A DNA stretch of 58,410 nucleotides, from assembly GCA_030059675.1 (NCBI GenBank), contig JANVYQ010000009.1:1-58410 (forward strand), read 5' to 3'. The position numbers were made by a program, and so were the translations under genes. The notes beneath the pieces were generated by a model, which saw only the letters and a program-made list of their open reading frames with translations, made no database searches and had not been told where the DNA came from. The stretch's first letter is position 1. Each line of letters starts with the position of its first letter. The DNA comes from Candidatus Pelearchaeum maunauluense (GTDB taxonomy: Archaea > Thermoproteota > Nitrososphaeria_A > Caldarchaeales > Caldarchaeaceae). This document shows, piece after piece, positions 1 to 9,511 of the stretch.

Positions 1-1
1 T

Positions 2-789
2 TATATCTACGTAGTTCTTACGAAGATGGAGAGAAGTGGTCTCCTTAGAGGTAAATGGAGAATTGAAAAAGGACGTAGAAAGCATATTTACACAATTACT
101 GAATTTGGTATAACCGAGTTTAAACGCCAGCAAAAAGCATCACTAGACTATCTAATTGCATCATATATTCATATGAACTTTGCAGAATTAAACTTAAGAA
201 ACATAATACAGATTTATAGTAAATACTATAATTGGCTTTTTAAGCGGCTCGGTGTGAATATTGAGAGTTCAAGAGAAGCCAATTTTATCTTATCAATCCC
301 ATATCAGGATTCGCCATTATGTAATGCGATAACAGTTTTAGCTATAAGCGAAGCTTTCCCTTATTTCTGGATATATCTGGTAAACCCACCTGAGATTAAG
401 TTTCATGAGGAAAAGAATAACCTAGTTATCGTTAAAGGTTGGAGAGACAATATACCACTTAAAGACTGTTTTGCCGATTATCTTCACCTCATAGGCTCCC
501 CAAAAACACCTCAGAAGAAAAGACCATACAAAAATCAATTAGAGTTCCCAAGAAGAGTGGCCAGTTTTTAATCCAAGTTCCCAATATAATGGTTATAGAG
601 AAATCACCATTCTGCCCTACCTTTCCCGATTTCTTATCGAGACTATTCTATGAGGTATACGGACAAGATAGCGTTATTAGTCTAAAAAATGTTAAGCAAA
701 TACTCCGAGGCTATTTTAAGAAAGTAAAAAATATAGAATCATCAGGCAACACACCTATACGCAAGTATCAGAAATTAGACTGCAAGTAA
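2..789 (+). pseudogene. PadR-type wHTH regulator fused to a class I methyltransferase-like domain; 5' truncated by the window edge; frameshifted at about 496-506
   Basis: Frame open from nt 2 (YIYVVLTKMERSGLL...GRRKHIYTITEFG, PadR helix/wing). 'VKGWRDNIPLKDCFADY' resembles a methyltransferase motif. The -1 frame continues 'KSIRVPKKSGQFLIQVPN' (cf. RVLKPGG motif) into ORF 589..789. Confidence 0.6.
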
Positions 790-1048
790 AGTTAATATCT
801 TTAACTCGGATGTTAAGTTTCCGAATCTTGTATTTTCACTCATTATCAAATAACGCCGTATTGCATTAAAGTATAACTTAATAGACTAAAAGCAGCTATC
901 ATCATTTGCCAATCAGGCAATTAGATTCATCAGGCTAATACCCACTCAATCTATGATACCGTCTAAAGAATACATGTTACAAACTTTAGGTACCGATGTA
1001 ACTTTTCAGGCATTTTGATTTAACTTTACTATAATATAATTTATTAGC

Positions 1049-2650
1049 TTAGAAAATTTTCGAAAATATCTTATTTTTTAAAGTTGAAAATGTTGAAGTT
1101 TTATTTGTAGCAAAACTTTTGTGTAGATGTTTATTTGATCTTGAGGCTGCTAGCCGGCGATATATGAGAGATGTCAGTATGGCTGCTAGTAGTATTGCTG
1201 CCGCTCTTAGTATTGCTAGTTCTGTCGTTTGTTTTACTATTATGATTTCTATGTTTTTGTCGTTGTTTAGAGTTATGCGGGTTGGGTTGAAGCCTGGGGG
1301 TTCTATTGAGCGGATTTCATATTCACCTGTTGGGAGTAGTAGCTTTATGCTTCCATTTCCCTCTCTTTCTGTTCCGTCTATTGTTATTTTTACCTTATTG
1401 TTGTATGTTTTTCCGTCTGGATAGATTAGGTTTATGTTTAGTTGGTGCAGGTTTGTTATTATTGTTATTTCTTCTCCTGCTCTGAAGGTTAGTGGTTTTG
1501 GTATGTATTCTGTTGTGGAGAAGCCGTTGATTTTTATAGCGGTCTCGATTGTGCGTGTTGGTTCTATTATTGCTTCCCTGTTGGTTATCGTGAGTTGTGT
1601 TTGGAATATTATGTAGTTTGTTCCGTTTATGTTGGTTATTCTTGTTTTTGTTGCTGGTATCTGGAAGTCGGTTATCGTTTTGTTATGTTTTTTATCTATT
1701 ACCTTTAGTTGCGCTATTGGTGTTTTGACTTCGATTCTGCTTACTTCTTCATTTGTCGATACTAGTATCAATGTAATGGGATTTTTCAGGGCTTCTTCTA
1801 TGCTCATTTCCATCTCGGTTGTTAAGGGGAGTTTTGTTATCTCTTTCGGTAGTATTGCTATTTTTTCTCTGAAGAGTTCTTCGGTTTTTGTTTCGGTGTA
1901 TTGTGATATTCTTATTATGTATTTTCCGTATCTGAGTGGGAATATTCCTGATGGGCCTACTTTGTTGATTTCTGGTAGCTGTATTCTAAGTTCCCAACCG
2001 TTTTCCCTTATGCTTGGTTTTGCTATGTAGCTGGCTACCAGGTGTTCGAACTCTAATCTGTATGTTGTGTTTTCGATTTTTCCTGCTATCTGTGCTGGTG
2101 GCTCATCGCGGATTAGGTCTATTTTGTATTGGTAGAATACTGGTGGTTCTAGTTCAAATGTTATTAGCCCTCCTGGTGGGTATGTTTTTGTTATTGTTTT
2201 ATTTGATATTATGAATCCCGTCCCAGATTTGGATTCTATCCGGAGTTTTATTCTTTTATCGTCGGTTATGCTTGTTATGAGTTCCGTTTCTTCTTTTTCT
2301 GGCTCTCTGAGTATTATTCTCATCTTTTTTCCATCGTCGGTTGTTAGGTTCCATGTTCCTGGTTTGTCTTCTGGGCTGAAGCGTTTGAGTAGTGTGGTTT
2401 CTCCGTCTTTTAGTGTTATTATGTGTGTTTCTCCGTTTGGTGATTCTATTGTTATCTCTCCGTCTCCGCCTACAATCTTTATCCAGATTTCTTCTCCTGT
2501 GTTGGTGTCTATTTCCGCGCCGTCTAGTAGTGGGAGCATTATTCCTCCGTATCCTATGAACCAGAGCTTCTCTGCGTAGGCGGTGGGCTGTGCTACTGTT
2601 ATGAGAGCGAATAATAGTGTTGCGGTTAGTATGTGCTTGCTATACTGCAT
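1049..2650 (-). CDS. Secreted, C-terminally membrane-anchored beta-rich surface protein
   Basis: N-terminal signal peptide (MQYSKHILTATLLFALITVAQPTAYA), Thr/Ile-rich beta-like body, C-terminal TM helix followed by basic residues. Confidence 0.7.
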   Translation of the reverse strand: MQYSKHILTATLLFALITVAQPTAYAEKLWFIGYGGIMLPLLDGAEIDTNTGEEIWIKIVGGDGEITIESPNGETHIITLKDGETTLLKRFSPEDKPGTWNLTTDDGKKMRIILREPEKEETELITSITDDKRIKLRIESKSGTGFIISNKTITKTYPPGGLITFELEPPVFYQYKIDLIRDEPPAQIAGKIENTTYRLEFEHLVASYIAKPSIRENGWELRIQLPEINKVGPSGIFPLRYGKYIIRISQYTETKTEELFREKIAILPKEITKLPLTTEMEMSIEEALKNPITLILVSTNEEVSRIEVKTPIAQLKVIDKKHNKTITDFQIPATKTRITNINGTNYIIFQTQLTITNREAIIEPTRTIETAIKINGFSTTEYIPKPLTFRAGEEITIITNLHQLNINLIYPDGKTYNNKVKITIDGTEREGNGSIKLLLPTGEYEIRSIEPPGFNPTRITLNNDKNIEIIIVKQTTELAILRAAAILLAAILTSLIYRRLAASRSNKHLHKSFATNKTSTFSTLKNKIFSKIF

Positions 2651-3377
2651 GGTGGCTGTCGCCTTTTCTGGTTATTATTGCGAGGGATATCAAGAGTGCG
2701 GCTGATAGTCCTCCGAGTATTAGTGTTGCTCTGTCTGGCATTATGCTTGAAATCCATGAGGAGGCTGTTGTTAGTATTAGCGTTATTGCAAGTACTGCTA
2801 TTCCAGTTATTCTTGGTATTATCTCGTCTTTTACTGTTCTCTTTTCACTGTTTGTCATTAAGTTGAGGATTATGCCTAGTGTTGCGAGTGCTGTTAGGGG
2901 TGTGAGGAGTGTTGTGTCTGGTTGTTGAAAGTCGCCGCCAGCTAGTAGGTTTATCCTCTCTCCCTCGGAGAAGAGGTTTCTGAAGCCTGAGACGAGGTAT
3001 AGGAAGATTTTTTCTGGGGTGTTAAAGTCGTTCAGGACTGCTGTGTATAGCATTAGTGATATAGCGTATCCTATGATGTAGGATGTTATCATTCCCCATA
3101 TTGAGCGGGCTGTGAGGGTTGCTATGATTATGATTGCTGGCATGGCTATGATATAGCCTGCGGCTAGGCTTATGAATGGTACTGGGTCTCCCTCAAATAT
3201 CAGGAGATACAGACACCAGAGCGCCGGTATGTAGACCAGCGCTACGCCAGCCCACTGGACTTTCTCGGCGAATGTTATGAGGAACATTGAGAGGAAGCCT
3301 GCGAGGAGGTATATGTTGAGAACAGCTATTCCCATCAATGTTCCAGCCGTCACTAGGGAGGCTGGTAGTATAATCAT
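2640..3377 (-). CDS. Multi-pass membrane protein of unknown function
   Basis: 245 aa with about 6-7 hydrophobic segments; overlaps the downstream gene, so operonic. Confidence 0.7.
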   Translation of the reverse strand: MIILPASLVTAGTLMGIAVLNIYLLAGFLSMFLITFAEKVQWAGVALVYIPALWCLYLLIFEGDPVPFISLAAGYIIAMPAIIIIATLTARSIWGMITSYIIGYAISLMLYTAVLNDFNTPEKIFLYLVSGFRNLFSEGERINLLAGGDFQQPDTTLLTPLTALATLGIILNLMTNSEKRTVKDEIIPRITGIAVLAITLILTTASSWISSIMPDRATLILGGLSAALLISLAIITRKGDSHHAV

Positions 3378-3394
3378 AATTAGTGAGGCGTTTC

Positions 3395-4681
3395 TTAATA
3401 CACTCGTATAACGTCACCCCGCTTGAGAATTTGATAGAGAAACGCTATAGTCTCCTTCACTTTGCTAGGCTCTATAACAATCAACGTGGGGTTCATTTTC
3501 TTTAGCCATGCTATTCGCTCCTCTTCTAGTTTCTCCAAGTATAACGTGGCGTAGGGATGGGGTTTCTGTTTTTTCCTGACGCATATGAAGAAGGCGCGTA
3601 CTCCCCTTCGTGTTAGGTATTTGCTTACTGTCTTCAGCTCTTCTGGACGTGTATATGCGAATCTGCCGACTATGAATAGGGTTATTCCAGGTCTGACACG
3701 GCTTGCTTCGCGCATTATGTCGTAGCTTTTTGCTGGCTTGGTTTTTGCGACTGCTTGTATTAGCTGTTTATACGCTGCGCCTCCGCCAGTTGGCTGTATC
3801 TCGGCGTCCTCTACTGTTCCCAGCGTGATTAGCCCGACCCTATCGCCGCGCGCTATTAGCGTCTGGGATACTGAGATTATTTCCTCCAGAACCTCGTCAA
3901 GGATTGTTTTCTCTCCGCCTATTAGCATGGATGGGCTACAGTCCAGCATGAAGACTATATCCATCTGGCTCTGTCTCTCAAATTCTCTTACGTGAAGCTC
4001 GTGTTCGGGGTCGCGTGCGGTTTTCTTCCAATCTACGCGTCTTATTACCTCGCCTGTTATGTATGGTCTAATGCCCCTAAATGTTTCTTCTGGTCCTGTG
4101 AATGGGTTGTATCCTGAGCCAGCTACGCGGAAGTCTCGCGACATAGCTACTGCTTCTGGAATCTTTACATCTAGCCTCTGCGCTGGTGTTGCGAAGAGCG
4201 TTGCGGTAGGTCCTAGGGAGAGTTCGCGGACGCATGCGCGGTAGTCGTCGTATATTCTCAGCCTTAATGGACCTATTACGTATGCTCCCCTACTGCGTGG
4301 CTTGATGGTATAGCTAATCTCCATAGACTCGCCATCGTCCAGCTGTTTTTCCCCACCTATGCTCCCAGATACCAGCTCTAAATCATTAGCCATATCCTCG
4401 GCCTTTACTAGATAGCGCCTCCCAGACCTATTCCTAACTATTACCCGCATTTTAACCGTCTCTTCTACCTGGCATATGCTGGTGCTGATGTATCTCTCTA
4501 CTGTGAAGTCGTTCTCTTTTAGTCGGTTTAGGTTGAGCTGCGCTGTGATGGCGTATGTTGTTAGGTATGTGAGTATGAAGAATGTGGAGAATGTTAATGG
4601 TGAATAGATGATGAGGGTTGTGGTGAGTAGCAGGAGGAGTGTTGTCGCGAGTGTTCCGCTGAACCATTTTGAGGTTAGCAT
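3395..4681 (-). CDS. DUF58-family protein with vWA domain
   Basis: N-terminal TM pair; 'FRGIRPYITGEVIRRVDWKKTAR...LHVREFE' DUF58 motif; MIDAS DCSPS; adjacent to MoxR. Confidence 0.9.
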   Translation of the reverse strand: MLTSKWFSGTLATTLLLLLTTTLIIYSPLTFSTFFILTYLTTYAITAQLNLNRLKENDFTVERYISTSICQVEETVKMRVIVRNRSGRRYLVKAEDMANDLELVSGSIGGEKQLDDGESMEISYTIKPRSRGAYVIGPLRLRIYDDYRACVRELSLGPTATLFATPAQRLDVKIPEAVAMSRDFRVAGSGYNPFTGPEETFRGIRPYITGEVIRRVDWKKTARDPEHELHVREFERQSQMDIVFMLDCSPSMLIGGEKTILDEVLEEIISVSQTLIARGDRVGLITLGTVEDAEIQPTGGGAAYKQLIQAVAKTKPAKSYDIMREASRVRPGITLFIVGRFAYTRPEELKTVSKYLTRRGVRAFFICVRKKQKPHPYATLYLEKLEEERIAWLKKMNPTLIVIEPSKVKETIAFLYQILKRGDVIRVY

Positions 4682-5643
4682 TAGCGCGGAACCTCCACGG
4701 ACTCTAGACTCTCTCTTATTATCTCGGTGATTGTTGAGTAGTCTGGGGTGCGTGATAGGCCTTGGTATTCTGGCTTCAGTATTATGCGGTGGTTTAAGAC
4801 CATGTGCGCAACGTGCTTTACGTGGTCTGGGATTACGTACCGCCTCCCGCTCATGGCCGCGTAAGCCTTAGCTGCCTGGAGGAGGGCTATCTCAGCCCTC
4901 GGACTAGCCCCCAGCAAGACCTTATGATTGCTCCGCGTTGCGCGGACAATTGACACGATGTACTTCATAATGTCCTTATGGACATATATGGAATGAACCT
5001 CCTCTACAGCGTTTTTTATGCTCTCCTTGTCGGAGATGGCCTCTACTGGTATCTCGTCTCTTAGTATGTTTTTCTTTTTGAGTATTTCAATCTCAGCCGT
5101 CTCGTCTAGGAATGTTAGGTTTATCCGCATCATGAATCTGTCCATCTCGGCCTCAGGTAGGGGGAATGTGCCCTCAAGCTCTATAGGATTCTGCGTCGCA
5201 ACTACTATGAACGGCTCTGGTAGTTGGTAACTATTCCCCTCAATAGTTACCTGCCTCTCCTGCATAGCTTCAAGTAGCGCAGACTGGCTCCTCGGCGGTG
5301 CTCTATTAATCTCGTCAACCAGCACGATGTTGGCGAATATAGGGCCTGGCCTGAACTCGAACTCTCCCGTCTTCCTGTTGTAGACCATGCTGCCAAGTAT
5401 GTCTGATGGTAGTATGTCGGATGTGAATTGTATGCGTTTAAACTCCAGTCCGAGTGTTTTGGCGAAGGCCTTGGCTAGGTATGTCTTGGCTAGGCCTGGC
5501 ACGCCTTCTATGAGTATATGCCCGTTGGTGAGTAGCGCTATTGTGAGAGCGTCTATCGCCTCGTCCATGCCTACTATGGCTTTATGCAGTTCCCTCCGTA
5601 TGGCCGAGGCTAGCATAGCTACGTTGGCGGCCTTCTGCGCCAT
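4681..5643 (-). CDS. moxR: MoxR-family AAA+ ATPase
   Basis: GVPGLAKT Walker A, RIQFTSDILPSD, VDEINRAPPRSQSALLEAMQE, ATQNPIELEGTFPLPEA. Confidence 0.95.
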   Translation of the reverse strand: MAQKAANVAMLASAIRRELHKAIVGMDEAIDALTIALLTNGHILIEGVPGLAKTYLAKAFAKTLGLEFKRIQFTSDILPSDILGSMVYNRKTGEFEFRPGPIFANIVLVDEINRAPPRSQSALLEAMQERQVTIEGNSYQLPEPFIVVATQNPIELEGTFPLPEAEMDRFMMRINLTFLDETAEIEILKKKNILRDEIPVEAISDKESIKNAVEEVHSIYVHKDIMKYIVSIVRATRSNHKVLLGASPRAEIALLQAAKAYAAMSGRRYVIPDHVKHVAHMVLNHRIILKPEYQGLSRTPDYSTITEIIRESLESVEVPR

Positions 5644-5679
5644 CCAGCTCCACGAACAAAGTTATTACACACATTATTA

Positions 5680-6465
5680 ATGTCTATTCCAAGTCTGAAA
5701 ATGAGTAGAGAGGCAGTCAAGCTACTTAGAGAGTATTTCGGCTTGAATATGTATGAGGCGCGCGCCTACTTGGCTATTCTCAAGGGGGCTTCCACGCATA
5801 AGGAGATTTCTAGGGCTTCGGGTGTTCCTCTCCCGCGTGTGTATGATACGGTTGAGAATCTGGAGAGGATGGGGCTGGTTAGGATTAGTGATTCTGGAGT
5901 TGAGGCTGTTGAGCCCTCTGCTGCGATAAGGGCTATGATGATTGAGCTGGAGAGGCGATTTATGCAGGAGCAAGAAGAGCGGCGAAGGGCTGGCGACAGG
6001 CTTGTGGGCATCCTCTCCAAACTCGCTAGGGAGAGGAGCGAGGGCAGCGAGATACTAATACTCAGAGGACTCAACAGCATAGCCTCAAAGATGCTGGAGA
6101 TATGCAACAGTCATGATGAGCTGGTTTTCACTGTGAGGAAAGGGATCAGGGTAAAGGAGAGGCTGAAACCTTACCTAGAGGCACTAGCCACCAGCGGGAA
6201 GAGGAGAATTAGATTCATACTCCACTCGCGGATTAGCCTGAGTGAGGAGGATTTACAGTTCTTCAGGAAGATAAACGCTGAGATAACGTTTAGCGAGAAT
6301 ATAATGCTGGACGTATTGGTGACTGATGGTGAAGAAGCTATAATAGGCCTTCCCGCTGGTGGTGAGGACGCTATAGCCATATGGGTTAAGCATGAGAGCT
6401 TCACCAGCTCGCTTATGGAGGCCGTGAACGAGCTATGGGAATATGCGAAGAGAATCAAAAACTAG
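5680..6465 (+). CDS. TrmB-family transcriptional regulator
   Basis: 'FGLNMYEARAYLAILK...EISRASGVPLPRVYDTVENLERMGLV' TrmB HTH plus C-terminal PLD-like effector domain. Confidence 0.9.
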   Translation: MSIPSLKMSREAVKLLREYFGLNMYEARAYLAILKGASTHKEISRASGVPLPRVYDTVENLERMGLVRISDSGVEAVEPSAAIRAMMIELERRFMQEQEERRRAGDRLVGILSKLARERSEGSEILILRGLNSIASKMLEICNSHDELVFTVRKGIRVKERLKPYLEALATSGKRRIRFILHSRISLSEEDLQFFRKINAEITFSENIMLDVLVTDGEEAIIGLPAGGEDAIAIWVKHESFTSSLMEAVNELWEYAKRIKN

Positions 6466-6474
6466 GATAGAATA

Positions 6475-6804
6475 TTATCTCCTCTTACGGCCAGCCTCCT
6501 CAACAAAGCTCCTTAGGGTATCCCGCGCGGTTGGGGGTAGGTTCTCCAACATTCTAGATAAATTACCTCCATGCTTATCTTGCTTTATAATTGATGAGGC
6601 TATCTTAGCTGCTTCGCCCAACTTTCCCTGCATCACGCGCCTATGCAATAACGCATACGCGTCCATCCATGGCTCAAGTAGCGCTATGTTGTCTTCTTGT
6701 TTTTTCCTGGTCTTCCTCTCCCTTTTGATGAGTATCAGGGCTGTGATTATTAGTATGAGGAGGGCTAGGAAGACGATGAGCGTGGTAATGGCGTCTTCAG
6801 GCAC
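6475..6804 (-). CDS. Small single-TM hypothetical protein
   Basis: N-terminal TM helix followed by basic stretch; overlaps the upstream gene. Confidence 0.65.
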   Translation of the reverse strand: MPEDAITTLIVFLALLILIITALILIKRERKTRKKQEDNIALLEPWMDAYALLHRRVMQGKLGEAAKIASSIIKQDKHGGNLSRMLENLPPTARDTLRSFVEEAGRKRR

Positions 6805-7270
6805 CTATCCTAACACCTTTGAGTGTAGTTAAGTGTGCTTTAAGCTTAAGTAGCTCGTCTCCAAAGAAGTTGAGCATACCCTCGTCTGGCTGCACCTCCC
6901 CAAACCTCACCATCTCGTATATGCCGTACATCCGCTTCAGCGAGGCTATGGACTCCTTATCAAGCCGTGCTGGGTTCTCTTCTAATAGCTCCAGATACGT
7001 CTTGGAGCGGTATCCCTCTCCCATAAGCCTACCCATGACAGCGCCGAATGTGGCGATTATCGCCTTATCCCTATCCCCAGACTCGGAGAGTCTCCTAAAC
7101 AAATCAACCTCACTCAGGAGGCTCACCACCTCATCCTCAGCCTGCTCATACCTCTTCCTATTAGCCGCGTAGTACTGCTTATACGCAAGCCCAAGTATAG
7201 CGGCTATCAGTATTATGTTGATTATAAGCCAGAAGGTTGTGTCGTAGATTAGCGCTATAGGGTCTGCCAG
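6797..7270 (-). CDS. Single-TM protein with DUF4129-like C-terminus; probable CTG start upstream of the ORF-track start
   Basis: Frame stays open upstream of 7129 and encodes a TM helix (FWLIINIILIAAILGLAY); GAGGTGA SD-like motif 6 nt before CTG at 7270; C-terminal 'SKTYLEL...LKRMYGIYEMVRFG' is DUF4129-like. Confidence 0.6.
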   Translation of the reverse strand: MADPIALIYDTTFWLIINIILIAAILGLAYKQYYAANRKRYEQAEDEVVSLLSEVDLFRRLSESGDRDKAIIATFGAVMGRLMGEGYRSKTYLELLEENPARLDKESIASLKRMYGIYEMVRFGEVQPDEGMLNFFGDELLKLKAHLTTLKGVRIGA

Positions 7271-7276
7271 GGGGCT

Positions 7277-8041
7277 TCACCTCATCTCCACTACAGTCGC
7301 CTCTACGACGAAGATGGGGATATAGCTTTCCGAAACAACTATGGCGCTCACTATGTCGTTGATATAAGCTATCCCAGCCTCACGCGCCTGTGCAACGGGA
7401 TGCGAGAATGTGAAGACACCGCTGTACCCCACTTCATCAGCCTCCGCTGGGCTATACACCCTACCACCAATAAACACGCGACGCTCAAAGTCTTCATTAT
7501 AAAACACTATGACAGGCAGACCCGCATAAGCTATCCTATTAGGCCCAGCATCTATAGGCTCAAACCCTACTAGGATTGTTGAGCTACCATTCAGGCTGTC
7601 TATCGTTATGTCTATTGACGCTATTCTCTGCCTATATTCCACGTATTTTATTCTCATGTCTGTCTGGTCTGCTGTGAGTTGTAAGGCCTCGCTCCAAGTT
7701 GGAAATCTCCCGTCTGGGGATGATACCGAAACCCTATACGTCCCTGGCGTTAGTAGAAACTGTGCAACGCCTCGCTCATTTGTTCGGCGTAGAAGCTCGT
7801 CAACGCGCACAACAGCACCTGAGACACGTTCCACAACATCGCCGTGAATCTTCTCCACGATGACGCGGAAAACCAATACGGGAGCCTCTGCCGTCGGTAT
7901 CTCCTCCCCGAATAGGCCAGACGCCATAGAAGGACTTGAAAACGGTGGAGTGATGTTGAAGAAGCTGAAGGATACGAGCATGAGTATCAGGAGTAGGAGG
8001 AGAATGAGGTTGTTAAGCCTGGTATCGCTCACAGCCAACAT
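7277..8041 (-). CDS. Membrane-anchored protein with carboxypeptidase-regulatory/prealbumin-like domain
   Basis: N-terminal TM; 'VSGAVVRVD...TNERGVAQFLLTPGTYRVSVS' motif. Confidence 0.65.
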   Translation of the reverse strand: MLAVSDTRLNNLILLLLLILMLVSFSFFNITPPFSSPSMASGLFGEEIPTAEAPVLVFRVIVEKIHGDVVERVSGAVVRVDELLRRTNERGVAQFLLTPGTYRVSVSSPDGRFPTWSEALQLTADQTDMRIKYVEYRQRIASIDITIDSLNGSSTILVGFEPIDAGPNRIAYAGLPVIVFYNEDFERRVFIGGRVYSPAEADEVGYSGVFTFSHPVAQAREAGIAYINDIVSAIVVSESYIPIFVVEATVVEMR

Positions 8042-8084
8042 TAAACAGCATGCTCTAGGTTATAAATTTCCCCCACAATCAATC

Positions 8085-9407
8085 TCAAATCAAACCTAGC
8101 CTACGAAGCTCGTCTATGATGACAGACTGCCCCATGTCATCAAGCTCGTAGCGTACATGTATTATCGGCTTGTTGGTCTTAAATAACCTTGTCAAATCTG
8201 TGGGAGTTGCCGAGATTATATAATCGCACTCCACGCGCTCCAGTGTCTCGCGCAGGTCGTTAATCTGCTGCTGGCTGTAGCCTATGCTCGGTATCACCGG
8301 CCCCATATGCGGGTATTGCAGATATGTCTCTCTTATAGAGCCGACAGCAGCCCCGCGCGGGTCAACAACAATAGCGCCGTACCGCTCTGCCGCTATGAGC
8401 CCTATGCCATGGCTAAGCCCGCCATGCGTGACTGTTGGCCCGTCCTCCACCACCGTGACACGCTTGCCGCGTATAGCTTCAAGCCCCTCACCAAAAATCC
8501 TAGAGCCAGTAGTCATAATACGCGCTTTAGGATTAAGTAAGCTGATGTTCCGTATTATGTTCTTGACAGCCTCGCTGGGTGCTGTGTCGGTTTTGTTAAT
8601 CACTACGATATCCGCCATCAGTAGATTCGTCTCCCCAGGATACGAGCCGACCTCCTGCCCAGGCCTAAGGGCGTCGGCCACAACTATCAATAGGCTGGGC
8701 TCTATGAAGGGAAAATCATTATTACCACCATCCCATACTATAACATCCGCATCCTCCTCAGCCAGCCTAAGAACCTCACGATAATCAAGACCAGCGTAGA
8801 CCTTGTTTCCAGCCCTTATATGCGGCTCATACTCCTCACGCTCCTCAATAGTGCAGCCATACCTATCAAGGTCTTCCAGCGTGGCGAAACGCTGCGCCAC
8901 CTGTTTCCGCAAGTCTCCATAGGGCATGGGATGGCGTATGACCGCTATACGCCTACCAGCTCTACGGAGGAGGCCAGTAACGTATCTTGTTACGGTGCTC
9001 TTCCCCGAGCCTGTCCGCGTGGCTGTTACAGCGACAACTGGGAGATGAGACTTCAGCATCGTAGCCTTAGGGCCGAGGAGCATGAAGTCGGCACCAAGGG
9101 CCAGGACTCTAGAAGCCTTATGCATCACCTCCTCATGGAGGAGGTCGCTGTAAGACAGCACAACCAAATCCACGTCGTTCTCCCTCACTATGCGCGGCAG
9201 CTCCTCCTCAGGGAGAATCGGTATACCACGCGGATAACGCGGGCCAGCAAGCTCCCGAGGATAAACGCGGCCAGCTATGTTGGGTATCTGGGCCGCGGTG
9301 AAGGCTACAACCTCATACTCGGGATTCTCTCTGAAAACGACGTTAAAATTATGGAAGTCGCGCCCCGCCGCGCCCATTATCACAACACGCTTAGACATAC
9401 CCACCAC
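8085..9407 (-). CDS. P-loop ligase of the cDPG-synthase-related 'predicted GTPase' family; likely arginine synthetase (ArcE)-like
   Basis: GAAGRDFHNFN N-terminus, TRTGSGKS Walker A, RHPMPYGDL, TIEEREEYEPHI, WDGGNND, VEDGPTVTHGG. Confidence 0.8.
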   Translation of the reverse strand: MVGMSKRVVIMGAAGRDFHNFNVVFRENPEYEVVAFTAAQIPNIAGRVYPRELAGPRYPRGIPILPEEELPRIVRENDVDLVVLSYSDLLHEEVMHKASRVLALGADFMLLGPKATMLKSHLPVVAVTATRTGSGKSTVTRYVTGLLRRAGRRIAVIRHPMPYGDLRKQVAQRFATLEDLDRYGCTIEEREEYEPHIRAGNKVYAGLDYREVLRLAEEDADVIVWDGGNNDFPFIEPSLLIVVADALRPGQEVGSYPGETNLLMADIVVINKTDTAPSEAVKNIIRNISLLNPKARIMTTGSRIFGEGLEAIRGKRVTVVEDGPTVTHGGLSHGIGLIAAERYGAIVVDPRGAAVGSIRETYLQYPHMGPVIPSIGYSQQQINDLRETLERVECDYIISATPTDLTRLFKTNKPIIHVRYELDDMGQSVIIDELRRLGLI

Positions 9408-9511
9408 CTACCGAAAAAGGCTCCTAAATGCGTTTATGGCAGGTAGCTACATTTGCTTTGCTAGGATTAGCTCATATACTGCTGGCTTTAGTAGTTTATG
9501 CGGGGAGTGGG

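Noticed and set aside
7277-7279. In-frame TGA as selenocysteine
   Set aside because: No redox motif context or SECIS seen; the TGA is part of an SD-like GAGGTGA before a CTG
9428-9511. Hydrophobic N-terminal extension on the splicing endonuclease
   Set aside because: Overlaps the divergent promoter space; a downstream GTG start is more plausible
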